Positions 49,451 to 60,982 of a stretch of 64,000 nt of DNA are shown here, in pieces. Source of the DNA: Hemiscyllium ocellatum (taxonomy: Eukaryota). The first letter of the stretch is position 1. Each line of letters starts with the position of its first letter. The notes below the pieces were generated by a model that worked only from the letters and a program-made list of their open reading frames with translations, was not told the origin of the DNA and made no database searches. The translations under genes were made by a program, and so were the position numbers. The stretch spans positions 930,001 through 994,000 of the forward strand of contig NW_026867509.1 of the NCBI RefSeq assembly GCF_020745735.1, read 5' to 3'.

Positions 49451-49514
49451 ATTAGATATCATTCATATCTTATAACAAACTGTTATATGTCTTGGGGTAC
49501 ACAATGAATCAATC

Positions 49515-49690
49515 CTAAAGATGTGCAGGTCAGGTGAATTGACTGTGCTAAATTACCCGTAGTGTTAGGTACGTAAGGGGTAAATGTAAGGGAATGGGTC
49601 TGGGTGGGTTACCCTTTAGTGGTCAGTGTGGACTTGTTGGGCTGAAGGGCCTGTTTCATTTCTGTAGGAAATCTAATCTAATCTAAATAC
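49515..49690 (+). mobile_element. V-SINE 3' half
   Basis: aaagatgtgcaggtcaggtgaattg..ggacttgttgggctgaagggcctgtttc..aatctaatctaatctaa. Confidence 0.85.
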
Positions 49691-50644
49691 TTCGAAGAAG
49701 ATCTATTTTAGATTGATCGTTGAGAAGATGGCCACAGAGACATCCAAGGTGTCAAACTGACCATGCAGTTTCCACTTGTGCAGACTACGATTCCAAACTT
49801 TGTGGCTGGAGGGGTGTCACCAGGAAAGAGTTTTCCACTTACCTGATGTGATTTGATTTTTTTTTACTTGGGCATCGATGATCTGGTGGTATATTTTAAT
49901 GGTAGTTGGATGGAAGTTTAGGGAGATATGAGGGACAATACATTAACCAAATGACTTGCGAATGTTCAATTCACTGCCTTTCAGGGTGGTGGAGGAGAAA
50001 CTCAAAAGACATTTAACAAGAATTTAGAAGGTCACACACAATGTCAATAAATGTCTTCAATATCAGTGATCCTGAAAATAAGTCCATTTGTTTTAGCTTC
50101 CTTTACATAGTCCTACAATGCGCCCATGCCTTCCTGAAACGAGAAGCGTTCTGGACTTGGAAGCCAACATATTCTAATATTGACATTTTTGTTTAGCTCC
50201 ATGATTATAATCATTCCTGTCGATGTAATCTCTGCAGAAGCATAACCTTCTAAAATATCTGCATTCATCTCATTCAGGTCTGTTATGCATTCTTGATTAC
50301 TTCATGACTGAGGGCCATTCTTTTGTTTTGCACATGTAAAATGCTCGAGAAGTTCCTGGTTAAAGTGTTCCTCCTGCATACACCCCTTTCCTCCTTAAAA
50401 ACACCCCTGAACGAATTCCCCCATGACCAACCTATCTGTCAGCTGTTCTAATATCATCTAGGCAAAAAACGCAAGACATTCCCGACCTGGATACCTGAAA
50501 CAACAACAAAAATTGCTGTAGAAACTCAGCATGCCTGGCAATGTCTGTGGAAGAGAAAGGTTCTAATTAAGAATAACTGTTCTCCAGAACTGAAGAGACG
50601 TGGAACATTGGTGGAATTTAGATTGTACAGAAGGGTATGTAATC

Positions 50645-50735
50645 AGTTTCTCCTCAGTGTGGATTTGTTGATGTTTCAGTGTGGATGACTGAGTGAATCT
50701 CTTCCACAGTTCAGGCAGGTCAAAAGCTTTGTTTC
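50645..50735 (-). pseudogene. Isolated C2H2 zinc-finger fragment
   Basis: Minus strand ACCTGCCTGAACTGTGGAAGAGATTCACTCAGTCATCCACACTGAAACATCAACAAATCCACACTGAGGAGAAAC, reading TCLNCG(K)RFTQSSTL-KHQQIHTEEK with indels. Confidence 0.65.
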
Positions 50736-50792
50736 AGTTTGATACCACCAAACCCCTACGGCGACAATAAATCCTGCAGTTTCTGAACAAAG

Positions 50793-50859
50793 ATGCATGA
50801 GCCAGCCATTGCGCCATTCCTCATTTTCTATTCAATTGTTGCAGCTATCGCTGGCCCTG
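50793..50859 (+). pseudogene. GPCR-3 exon 1
   Basis: MHEPAIAPFLIFYSIVAAIAGP G|GT; 5' context tttctgaacaaagATG resembles GPCR-1. Confidence 0.8.
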
Positions 50860-51469
50860 GTGTTACTGATGTTCGAGAGAATCGATTAATTCATCATGTT
50901 TTTCCAGAAATTTATTCTTTTCCCTTCCAGAATTCGGTAGCATTTTCTCAACATGCAACTCCTTGATTTTAAGGCACATCCACAGGTCTCCAATCCGTAT
51001 AATACATCATGCAATAATATCTGTGCTACGGCAAATCATTATGAATTGCTTCCGATTTCAGTATAATAAAGAGAACTGCGTTATTCAATTTTGAATGCTG
51101 TAAACTTTTCTGAAATCATTTACAATTATTAGATATCTCGTGCAAAATTAGAAACTTAGTGCAGTATCAATCATCTAGCAATACACGTGATGAAGTAACA
51201 GCAGTCCGAAATCTTCTTATTTCAAACAAACCCGTTGGAAAATAACCTGGGCAACTGTCATATCTGACTTTCTCCACCCCAGTCTAACATTGCATCATCA
51301 CATCATCTATCAATGAGATCAGTCCACGAAATGAAATCGCTCTCCAGTGACTGAGTCAATGTTAAGTAGCCACTTGTCTAATTCGGAATAACAAGAATAA
51401 TGTAGTTGCCATGAACATATTCATATGAAGCACAGGCCATGTTTCATACCACATCGTGTTAAATCGCAG

Positions 51470-51905
51470 ACAACTTTCAGGCAATTATAATCCTATTGCA
51501 AGAATGGTGCTGTCTCTCGAGGTGTATCACCTACTACCTGGTGGCAATTACAGTGAGTGATTTCCTCGTCTTGTCCACCATTCCTGTGTGCACTCTTAGC
51601 ATCGTATTGGTCAATGCCACTCTGGATTGCTCGGTCTGGCTGACAGTGGCCTTTACCATCGATCGCTTCGCAGCCATCTGCTACCAGAAACAGAAGACCA
51701 GCTACAACAAAGAGCAGGCTGCATCACTGGTCAGAGAAATGGTCTGTGTTCTGAGTTGCCTCAAGATCATGCCTTTGTGCTTTAAATTTGTTCATTTTTT
51801 GATGGGGTACCCTAACTTTACGTATGCGTGGCTGAAAGCTAAGAGTGACTTTGATGGACTGGATTTCAGTAAACCGGAGTACATCTTTGATGAGAACACA
51901 AACAT
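51470..51905 (+). pseudogene. GPCR-3 exon 2 with two large internal deletions
   Basis: aaatcgcag|AC AAC..; CLSRCITYYLVAITVSDFLV joined directly to LSTIPVCTL..SVWLTVAFTIDRF..; then jumps to GLDFSKPEYIF. Confidence 0.85.
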
Positions 51906-52376
51906 ACAGTTCGCATTTGTTTATTCATTTCTTTCCCTCACTGTTTTGCTCTTCATGTCATTTTCCCATCTCTTCACTCCTTTCTCACAGCATTCCTTCC
52001 ACGTTTCCGTCAGCACTGTCTCCCTGTTTGCCGTTATTTCTTTTCCGAGGGCTGTCTTATCTGCTCATTCTAGTCTCCAGTTCACGATGTTGTGCAGAGT
52101 AACGTGATCTTCAAGAAGACCCATAACCCAATCCCTGTGTTTGAACTGTGTCCACAGTAAAGATGCATTCTGTTTATTGTTGAGTCTGCATGTTTTACAT
52201 TTACTCTCCTGTTGAATTCCTCGGAGTCTTGAACATTGTAACGATATCATTAGATTCTGCCCCAGTTTCTACATCAGAACTTCGTTTTCCTGCATAAACA
52301 GGAATATATGCTAACCACAAAACCAAATTTCCAGAAAAACTCAACAGGTCTCTCAACGTTTTGGAGAAAAAGCTGA

Positions 52377-52412
52377 GTTGATATTTCCAGCCCAGTGACT
52401 GGTCCTCAGAAC
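52377..52412 (-). ncRNA. Minimal hammerhead motif in a short Penelope-derived repeat
   Basis: GTT-CTGAGGA-C-CAGTC-ACTG-GGCTG-GAAAT-ATC-AAC: intact core boxes, stem I GTT/AAC, AUC triplet. Confidence 0.6.
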
Positions 52413-52529
52413 GTCTCATTAAAATTTCTGCTATTTCAGTCTGTGTGGTCTCGCCAAAATACCATGTCTGAGGGCAACCTATCCTGCATCTTACGCGATA
52501 GACGATGTTGGGCGAGTCACATGACTAAG

Positions 52530-52762
52530 TGCCGTCCACCTGGCGGGTGGCGGCCCCACTTTTAGTTGTAATATCTATGTCAACACTCTGACACGCTTTG
52601 CAGTGGTGTTGAATTCAATGTCGTCCGGAAGGCTAGGCATTTGTCTGCAAGCTGTGGTTTGGTTATGCAAACCTATCACGACAACCACTGCAAGACGTGT
52701 CAGAATGTCGAAATAAATATTATCATTACAAGTGCGGACACTACCCACCTGGTGCGTGGCAG
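52530..52762. mobile_element. Imperfect ~230-bp hairpin (MITE-like)
   Basis: acactctgacacgctttgcagtggtgttg (52,583-52,611) is the inverted match of caaccactgcaagacgtgtcagaatgt (~52,682-52,708); the outer arms also pair imperfectly. Confidence 0.65.
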
Positions 52763-53089
52763 ATATTGATGAGACTCAGCCAACATTCTTTATCTGAAAT
52801 GTTGCAGAAAGGAGGCATATATTGGTGAGAGCAAGCGCACGTTGCAACAAGAGATGAATGGATACCACACAACCATTGCCAGACAGCACTGGCCACTTCC
52901 AGCACTTCAGGTGTCCAGAAGAATCAGCCTCGCATCTTCGGGTGTTTATCCTCCAAGGAAGACCTCGGCTTCGCAGCAACGCAGATTTGACGAGCAGATG
53001 CTGAAAGTCAACTTCAGTATTCATGAAATCAGCGTCAAACGGGGTCTTGGGTTCATGTCACACCACAGGGTACTCCACTGCAGATATAT

Positions 53090-53400
53090 GCTCACACGCA
53101 CACACACACACACACACACACAAACGCACACCAAATTACACAAACACGTGCACTCAGACACACGATCACATACTTTCTCTCAGACACAGACACACACACT
53201 CATGCACTCACACTCATTCGCACAACATCTGAGAAGCATATACTCTGTCACACTCAGGCACACACTCTACCAAACACACGCAGGCACGCGCGCACACACA
53301 CATGCATATTGTCTCCCACTCTACACCACACGTATGTTCTCTCTCTCTCCCTGATACCCATGTACACGCACATATAAATTTATGTGGTGAAATTGCATTT
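53090..53400 (+). repeat. (CA)n-rich low-complexity region
   Basis: Long cacacaca runs and decayed variants. Confidence 0.9.
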
Positions 53401-55107
53401 GCAGATTTTCTTTGCAAATACATTCTATTTTGCTTAAAACACACAATTTGTAGGCAGTCAGTCCATGTGACATTTGAAAAATCCGACTTAGGAAACAGAA
53501 CCAGACTGACTTAACTTTGGGACACAGACAGACACTAACCACACATCGTTAATGTCTGAGCTGAGGTGTCAATGTTGTTTTTACAATAAAAAACTCAATA
53601 TGTCTCGGGACTGTGACTTGAAAGCAGGTCTGGATTTATATATTAATCAATCAAAACCTACTTCCCCATTATAAGTGATTAAAGACTTAACAGAAATCCA
53701 GTTTTCTTTAATGCATCGCATCATTTGTATGATACTTTGATCTTTTACTGTAAATTCTGTGTTCTATGATCCTGCCACACTAGCTAACTGACGAAGGTGA
53801 AGCTCTCCAAAAGCTTGTTTTTTCAATTAAACTTATTGGAATGCAACCTGCTGCTATGTAATTTTTAACAGTCCAATATAATTATCCAGTCTAAGCTGGA
53901 CTGAAGCCTCCCTTTGGCTTACACAAAATAAGTTATCACTTAGTTTCATGACATCAACAATTTTTGAATGACAATGACTGAGACAATCATTGTATAAATT
54001 GCTAAGCTCTGTCTCCCAGATTCTTACTTCAACTAATAACATTTGACCATCCTGAGGATAATCCATTCCCTTCTACAATTTGAATTCTCCTCATTAATTA
54101 ATCACAGCAACTTAACGTCAACATCGTTTTCTATAATATATTTACAGATTTCCTGTATGAGATGTTATCAAAAACTTTCAAAATAATGAAAACACAACAC
54201 ATCTGCTGGTTTCCCCTAATCGCAGCTACAATTAGCATCCACAAAACGAATTCCAGTGGGTTTGCCAAACAGTCCTTCCACTGTATAATTCCGTATTGAC
54301 TCATGTCAAACATACCATTGTTACATAATGTCTACTTATCATCTCCTTCATCATATGACCTGGCATTTCCTTATAATTGGAATTCAACAGTACTGTGGCC
54401 CCTGTTTTCTGATCTCGCCGTTCTTTTAGAATTGAGTTATTATCTTCTTTTTAACAATGCTCAGGCACTTTTCTGGAATTTCGAGAATTTCCAGTGGTAA
54501 CCATCAGTGCACTCATTGTCTCTCCAGCCACCTCATGCAAGACTCTGGAATGGACCCGATTTGGCCCAGGAATTTATCAACCTTCAATGTGAGAAGTTTT
54601 CTGTTCTCAACATCCAAAAGATTTTCATGCTTTGGACTCCTCCTCAGATATCATCCATTATTGGTAAACAGACACTTCAAATTTTTGAAATTTACTTAAA
54701 GACGAATGTTAAGAGAGCAAAACCGTAGAAGGAAAATCTTTCACGACTTTCACAACTAAAGATAGAAACAATTGGGGAAAATGCAGTGAAGGACTGAGAT
54801 GTCCTTCAAATTAGGTATAAGACCTAAGCTCACCTATTGAAGTAGGAACTCTGTTTGATGGAGTGATCAAAACACGTGGAAGGGGGCTTCAGAATTTGGA
54901 GGTTGCTGTTCTCGATTTACGTGTGTGCAATTGTGCAATATTCCAATGTTACATAGCAGGCATGACATCGGACCAGAAACGAAGGTACATGTTGGAATGC
55001 AATTGACACTCTCCAGACTCCGAAATTGTATAAATTAGAGACCTTTTTCTTTATGTCACGGAGATCAAGTGAGGAGTTTTGAGATTTCGATTAGTTTACA
55101 ACAAGTG

Positions 55108-55177
55108 ATGCATGGCCCAGCGAATGTCTCGTTCAATGCCCTATATTATTCAGCGCTTGCTACTACTGGTGTCCCTG
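55108..55177 (+). pseudogene. GPCR-4 exon 1
   Basis: MHGPANVSFNALYYSALATTGVP G|GTAAGT. Confidence 0.85.
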
Positions 55178-55677
55178 GTAAGTAACAGATTCTACGCATT
55201 TGTTTATAAGTGCAAAAAAGTATTTTCTATTAAATTTCATGGCCTTTTTTTTTCTTCTGATAGTCACTGCTGAAGGAAACGCAGCCAAATCACCATGTAT
55301 ATGTAAAGTATTAAGTGACACTAACTTGCACGCGTTTGCAGTGTACAGCAATATTATATCTATTGAGCTGTTCTATTGAGCAATTAGTGAATAGCCGGTT
55401 ATTAGATTACTGGTTTGTGAATTGCAATACGTAATACTGCCTGAATAATAATGAGATTAGTTACACAAAATTAAATTATGTCATATTGTTGAAACGTCAA
55501 ACTGCTCTTTTTGCTATTGTCTGGAATAATGCGCTATCATTGTCTTCGATACTTTAATACAGAGATGACACGATGATCCCGAAGAAAATTATTGCAGAAA
55601 CGTCATTATTTTAAGGATTAAAAGTATAAGTCGTGATTACTCAATTCAGTTCGATAATAGATTTAAATTGCCCCCAG

Positions 55678-56570
55678 TCAACCTGCTAGCGATCATCATA
55701 CTATTACAAGGACAGTGCGGACTTTCTGGGTGCACAACCTTTCCCTGAATGAGGACAACAGTGAGTGATTTTCTTGTGATCATCACTGAGTGCATCCTGA
55801 ATCGGACTGGCGACACTTACTTTCGACACAGTGTCCTGTCCACGACGACTACCTGTACAGTACGCACCGTGATGATCTATGCCAGTCGGGATGGCTCAGT
55901 CTGGCTAACTGTTGAATTCACCATCAACCGTTTCGTCGTTACTAGCTGCTGAAGTCTGAAGACAAGTTACTGAATCAAAAAAACTGCATCACTGCTCTTC
56001 GGAGTGGTTTGCATCATGAGATGCATCAAGAACCTGCCTTCCTACTTCGTCTACCAACCCTTGTACATTGTGGACGTGGTGTCCTGGTTCTGTGACTTCA
56101 GAGACTCGTACTTAAATTCTGCATGGAAATCCTATGAGTGGTTGAATCACATCTTGACGCCTATTGTCTCATTCCTCCTTATTCTGCACCTAAATGCTGT
56201 GACTGTTAGATACACCTTGGTGGCCAGCAGTGCCCGAAGCAGACTCAGAGGCACAGCGGGCCACAGAAACTCAGAGAAGGCCAAGTGCAAGAGGTCCAAC
56301 AGACTGCTCTTCACCATCTCGATCAGCTTCCTCCTTCTAAGGGTCACCTATGTCGGGCGCTTCCCCTATGTGCCGCTTGCAGTTGAGGCATACTTCAGCG
56401 GCTTGGATTTCACTAACCCACAGTTCATTCTCCAGAGAATCGACGAACATCTGCAGATACTAAGTTCTTGCAACAACGTCTTCATTTATGCAATATCCCA
56501 GAGCAAGTTCTGAGATGAACTAAACAAGGTGATGTTGTCTCCCTTCACATCTCTCGCTGTGTGCAAACAA
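55678..56570 (+). pseudogene. GPCR-4 exon 2 pseudogene
   Basis: cccccag|TC AAC CTG CTA GCG (VNLLAIIILLQGQCGLS); in-frame TGA at 55,746, 55,950, 55,971 and 56,511; SSCNNVFIY present. Confidence 0.9.
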
Positions 56571-57399
56571 TGTTATCATGTTTTCCGTCAATCAAGGGGG
56601 CTCAGTGTGTAACACATTCTCTCCCTATCGAAATTAAATGACATTTGTGCGCTCATGCTTCTGTACTAGAATTGTGGACAGTGTATTTATCAGCCTTGAC
56701 ATACTCTGTTACTAATACTCATGGAAAATAAAACTAGCAGAAGATGTATTTTTAAGGATGAGGAAGTCACCTGTGGTCCATGCCTGTCATGATTATTTTA
56801 CATGGCCAATGGTCCGAGCTATATCATTTGATATTCATTTCTTTCTCTCCTCCGCCCCTTCCCTCTCGGTCGCCATTCTTACGTTACTTCCGTTTTCTCC
56901 CTCATTCGTGTCTCAGCACTATTTCATCTATTTATTTGAATCGTTCACGTTGTCTTTCAATTTGACACAATCCTGATGAATAGCTCATTATGTCCTCAAC
57001 AATGACCTCAACAGTTTTCATGTTTTCGCTGGATTACATAATTGATGCTTCTCTTGGTAAAACTCAAATTTAGTTAAAGCCTTTCACAGTATTTGCAGTT
57101 CCAAAGAACACAGCCCCGTCGCCCTTCCCCACTCCAGCAAAATCTCCCCTCGCTAAACCTCGTCATAAACACATATATTCTGCACCTGAAGTCAAATGCG
57201 TGCTATTTCCTTTAGCTACAAGAAAATCAAGGTTAATTTCATGATTTCCCAATGTTAGGTTTTGATCAATAATATGCAGGACGAACAGAAACGATGTTTC
57301 GTTTGTGCTTTAGACAATTAACTCATTTGCCAGGTCCTGCTTGTCGTTCCTCGCCTTACCATCTATGAAGGTTCTTAATGTGGTAAGGCATTCAGATAA

Positions 57400-58400
57400 A
57401 TTACGTGCGGCGATTTTCAGTGACTAATATATGATGTTTCTTCTACTTGTTCTGCAATAACAATTACATTACCATGCAGACAAACAATTGCTCCTCGATT
57501 GCAAGTATTGTGGACATCTTCATTGTTATTTATCTGNNNNNNNNNNNNNNNNNNNNNNNNNNNNNNNNNNNNNNNNNNNNNNNNNNNNNNNNNNNNNNNN
57601 NNNNNNNNNNNNNNNNNNNNNNNNNNNNNNNNNNNNNNNNNNNNNNNNNNNNNNNNNNNNNNNNNNNNNNNNTCTTGGGAATTGAACATCTCCACCAAGG
57701 TTGTTGCGTATTCTTCATGCTGCAGTGGCGGTTGGACTGACACAAGTTTCAACAAACGTGCAGGATGAAAATCGAACAGAAGAGATTAATTGAACACCAA
57801 CCTTTAATTTGACATGTTCGTATCGGTGAGATTTGTGTCACCAAAAAAATTAGGGCATGATCTTATTGAATGTTGGAGCAGGCTCGAAAGGTCGGATGGC
57901 CTTCTCCTGCTCCTCGTTCTTATGTTCTTATGTTCTTATAAAAGTCAACTGGGACACGCAGTTTTCTGATGAAGAATTAGTGGACTCAAAATTTTAACTC
58001 TGTTTTCTCCTGACAGGTGCTGCCAGACCGGCTGAGTTTCATCAGCAAGTTTTGTTTGGCTTCAGATTTCAGCATTCACATGTCTTATTTTATTGTTCCA
58101 GAACAGACAACAAAAATTAAATACAAACTAATGATTGTTCTGACAATACATTTGAAAGTTCTGAACATAAAGCGGACATTGACAAAAACCGCACTTTATT
58201 GTTTATGCAACTCGACGAGTTGACAAAGGGGCGGAAATTAATCTTTCCTGTGTTGCACCTGCCGCACAATAGTTTGTGCAGACACCTGAGTAAGACAATC
58301 GCAAATTGTCACATCATCCAAGAGGCATTCCAGCCATTTTGTTGTTCAGCAATTTGCGCACTGAATTCAGTTATAACAGTGACCAGATATGAAGACCATC
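57400..58400 (+). repeat. Diverged paralog of the V 3'-flank cassette at ~11,220-12,170
   Basis: acaaacaattgctcctc..ggacatct.cattgttatttatctg; tctccaccaa..ttgcgtatt.ttcatgctg; agtcaactgg.acacgcagttttctgatgaaga. Confidence 0.8.
57537..57672. other. Assembly gap (136 N)
   Basis: Run of N; sequence on both sides aligns colinearly to 11.3-11.5 kb. Confidence 1.
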
Positions 58401-58708
58401 AAAAAAAATTCAAAGTGCTTCAAATCACCAATAGACCCAACATCCAAGTTACCGACCCTTAGATCCCACTCCGCTAGTCTGGACATGGGACAGCATGCCT
58501 AAGCTATGACTATGAAAACAAATCATCTTCACTGTGTTCAAAGGAGTACACCAACGTCAAAGGAAACATTTCAAAGACATCCTGAAGACTTCCCTCCAGA
58601 AATAGAAGAGATGTGAACAACTGGAAGACCGTCTTTCTATTGCATCCAGGTGCACAACATCCAAGCTGAAACTTGGAACAGGAATTGTAGAAAGGAATGC
58701 CACCAATG

Positions 58709-59054
58709 TCGAACACAAAACGTAATTCCAACTCCCTCAGCAATGACCAAATTCATGGAATTAAGTGTGAATCTTGGAGTTGGTAGGAGTCATGCCACAA
58801 CCCACAGAAAAGTGGCGACTATCCTGGAATTTTCTCGTCTGAAATCGAACGCCTTAATGAGTGATATGAGAATCGTGACCAGGTTAGACACATTGCAACA
58901 TCCACCAGAACATGGTGGAGTGACACCTATATCCAGCTGGGGAGCAGTCAGATGTGCTGTTCGTTGCATCACCAGCCCAGATCATGTTTTATCAGATATC
59001 CTGCGGGGTCTAGGTGTTAACAGAGCCGTGAGCTGGAATAGTAACCTTTACAAC
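58709..59054 (-). pseudogene. Heavily decayed V-domain-like segment of a different family from V1-V3
   Basis: Acceptor TTTTTGTTCAG|GT; frame-hopping translation ..DCS..STMFW..PG..KFQDSRHFSV..(R)FTLNSMNLVIAEGVGITFCVR; weak RSS-like CATTGGTG followed by a spacer ending CCTGT; followed by the V 3'-flank cassette. Confidence 0.5.
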
Positions 59055-60876
59055 CTGAACAAAAAGCGAAGATAATAATTGATACTATTTAAATTGAGTC
59101 TTCAAAAGCCTTGTGTTTTCTGGAAAGCAAACCGTGTTTGTTCCCGTATGGAGGCTTCATTATCATCTCTTTCCCGGTTGGATATTTCTCTCTTTTTCAT
59201 TCGCAGTTGTTCCTCCATTATGTAATCCAATCCCGTGAAATTTGCCTTCATGCCTAGTGCGAGTCTTTTGAATTAACCACGTTGACCAAATTCATCGAGG
59301 AACTTCTGGCTATTTCAAGCGAGGGTTCTGCATTCAGACGAGTTGAATGACACTTTTTATTGGTGATGTACATTTGCTGCAGCTCAGCACCTCAAAGCAG
59401 GCCCCTCCTCTCTTCTTTCGTGCAGCACGTCTGCTGAACAACATCAAATTATCACAATTCCACTTTCTTCAGAATGAAACCCAAGGCGACAATATGAAAT
59501 GCTCAATCTTCAATGTTATGCTCAGGATTGGAAGGACATTCCATTCGGAACAACTGACACTGCACATTCCTACACTAAGTAATTAGGAGAATCAGGTTGA
59601 TGTGATGCTGGTGCCTCTTTAAGCATCACCTTATAATACCTTTTGTCTTAAATTATGTGCCCTCCTTTATGGATTCTCACTGATCAAAATCATTGTACAT
59701 ATTTTGGCAATATGTTCTGCTTTCTGCAGACATGCCTATTGTAGTCATTGACGATATGAACAATTATGTCATAAGTACTTGCTTTGTCATTGCATTTAAA
59801 TCTGTTTAGCATTCCAACGAAATAAGTCAAATGCACAAAGTGCAAAGAGAACCTGTAGCCAGGTCCATTTGTGAAAAGCATTTACACCACCATTTGATCA
59901 GCACAGACATGATGGGCCAATGGGTCCGTTCCTATGCTGTATTGTTACATGAATGACGATGGCTGCTGGTTCACCCTCTTGACTGAATGAACAAGAAATT
60001 GTAACATTATTGATAAATAAAAACCGAAAGGATAGCAGATGCTGAAAATCAGGACCAAAAACAGATGTTACTGGAAAAGCTTAGTAGGTATGGCAACAGC
60101 TGTGAAGAAAGATCTGTGTGAAAGTTTTGGGTCCGGTACTGCCAAGCTTTTCCAGCAACTTCTCTTTTTGTTCATTACTTTATGGGTCCTGGTAGTACTG
60201 AGTTGCAAGGCACTGCAGCGTTTCATTGTAAAACCATGTGCTGACACAAATAAAACGCACTCCCACAAACCATCTTTCCAGCTGCCCATCAGAAACTCTC
60301 ATGACTGTCGACTTCTCAACACGTCATCTTATGTGTGGTCAGATAAAAAGGTTTCACGTCTTCTGTAACAAAATGGTTATGCTGACTATCTTCTGAGGGA
60401 TGCCACTTCCCTCGTGGATCCTCTATTCTGCAGAACCACTTCACTGGTTCAAAGCCCAGAGTCAGGAACTTTACTTTTGTGACTCCCTATCAAAATAGGA
60501 TTTTGTTTCTCTTACTTATCGCCAGAAGGAGAAGAGTAACCCGATCGTTCATAGGCAGCTTAAATATCAAGATGTGATTTGCTGACAAAGAATTAGGGAA
60601 TTTGCTGAGAGGATGAAAAATGTTCATTTCCGTCCAACCTAACAAAATCCTCAAGCACCTCAGACTTTTACTGGCGGTTCTGACTCATTAGTCAGACACT
60701 ACTCACTGCTTTTAATTGGTTCGTGTAGTTCAGATGTGAGTTACATTCTATCCTCTGGATATTTTAAGCATATCACTGTTATCCTTGACCTGTGAATCGA
60801 CAACGTGTCATTCTGGAACTGTTAACGTGAAGGTACGGAGCAGTACTTAATGAAGCACAATATGTTTGATATCATT

Positions 60877-60982
60877 CAGATACGCTGTCCATCGCATTGC
60901 CAGCCCAGGTTGCGTTTCCGCAGATATCCTGCAGAGTTGAGGTGCTAACAGAGAAAAGAGCGGGAATAGTAAACCTCCTAAC
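60877..60982 (-). pseudogene. Duplicate of the truncated V-like fragment at 1,074-1,178
   Basis: Identical except for one extra C. Confidence 0.5.

Noticed and set aside
52842-53354. 170-aa His/Thr-rich ORF
   Set aside because: Produced by (CA)n low-complexity sequence.
57417-57768. ORFs spanning the N run (also 10,789-11,170)
   Set aside because: Artefacts of translating through assembly gaps.
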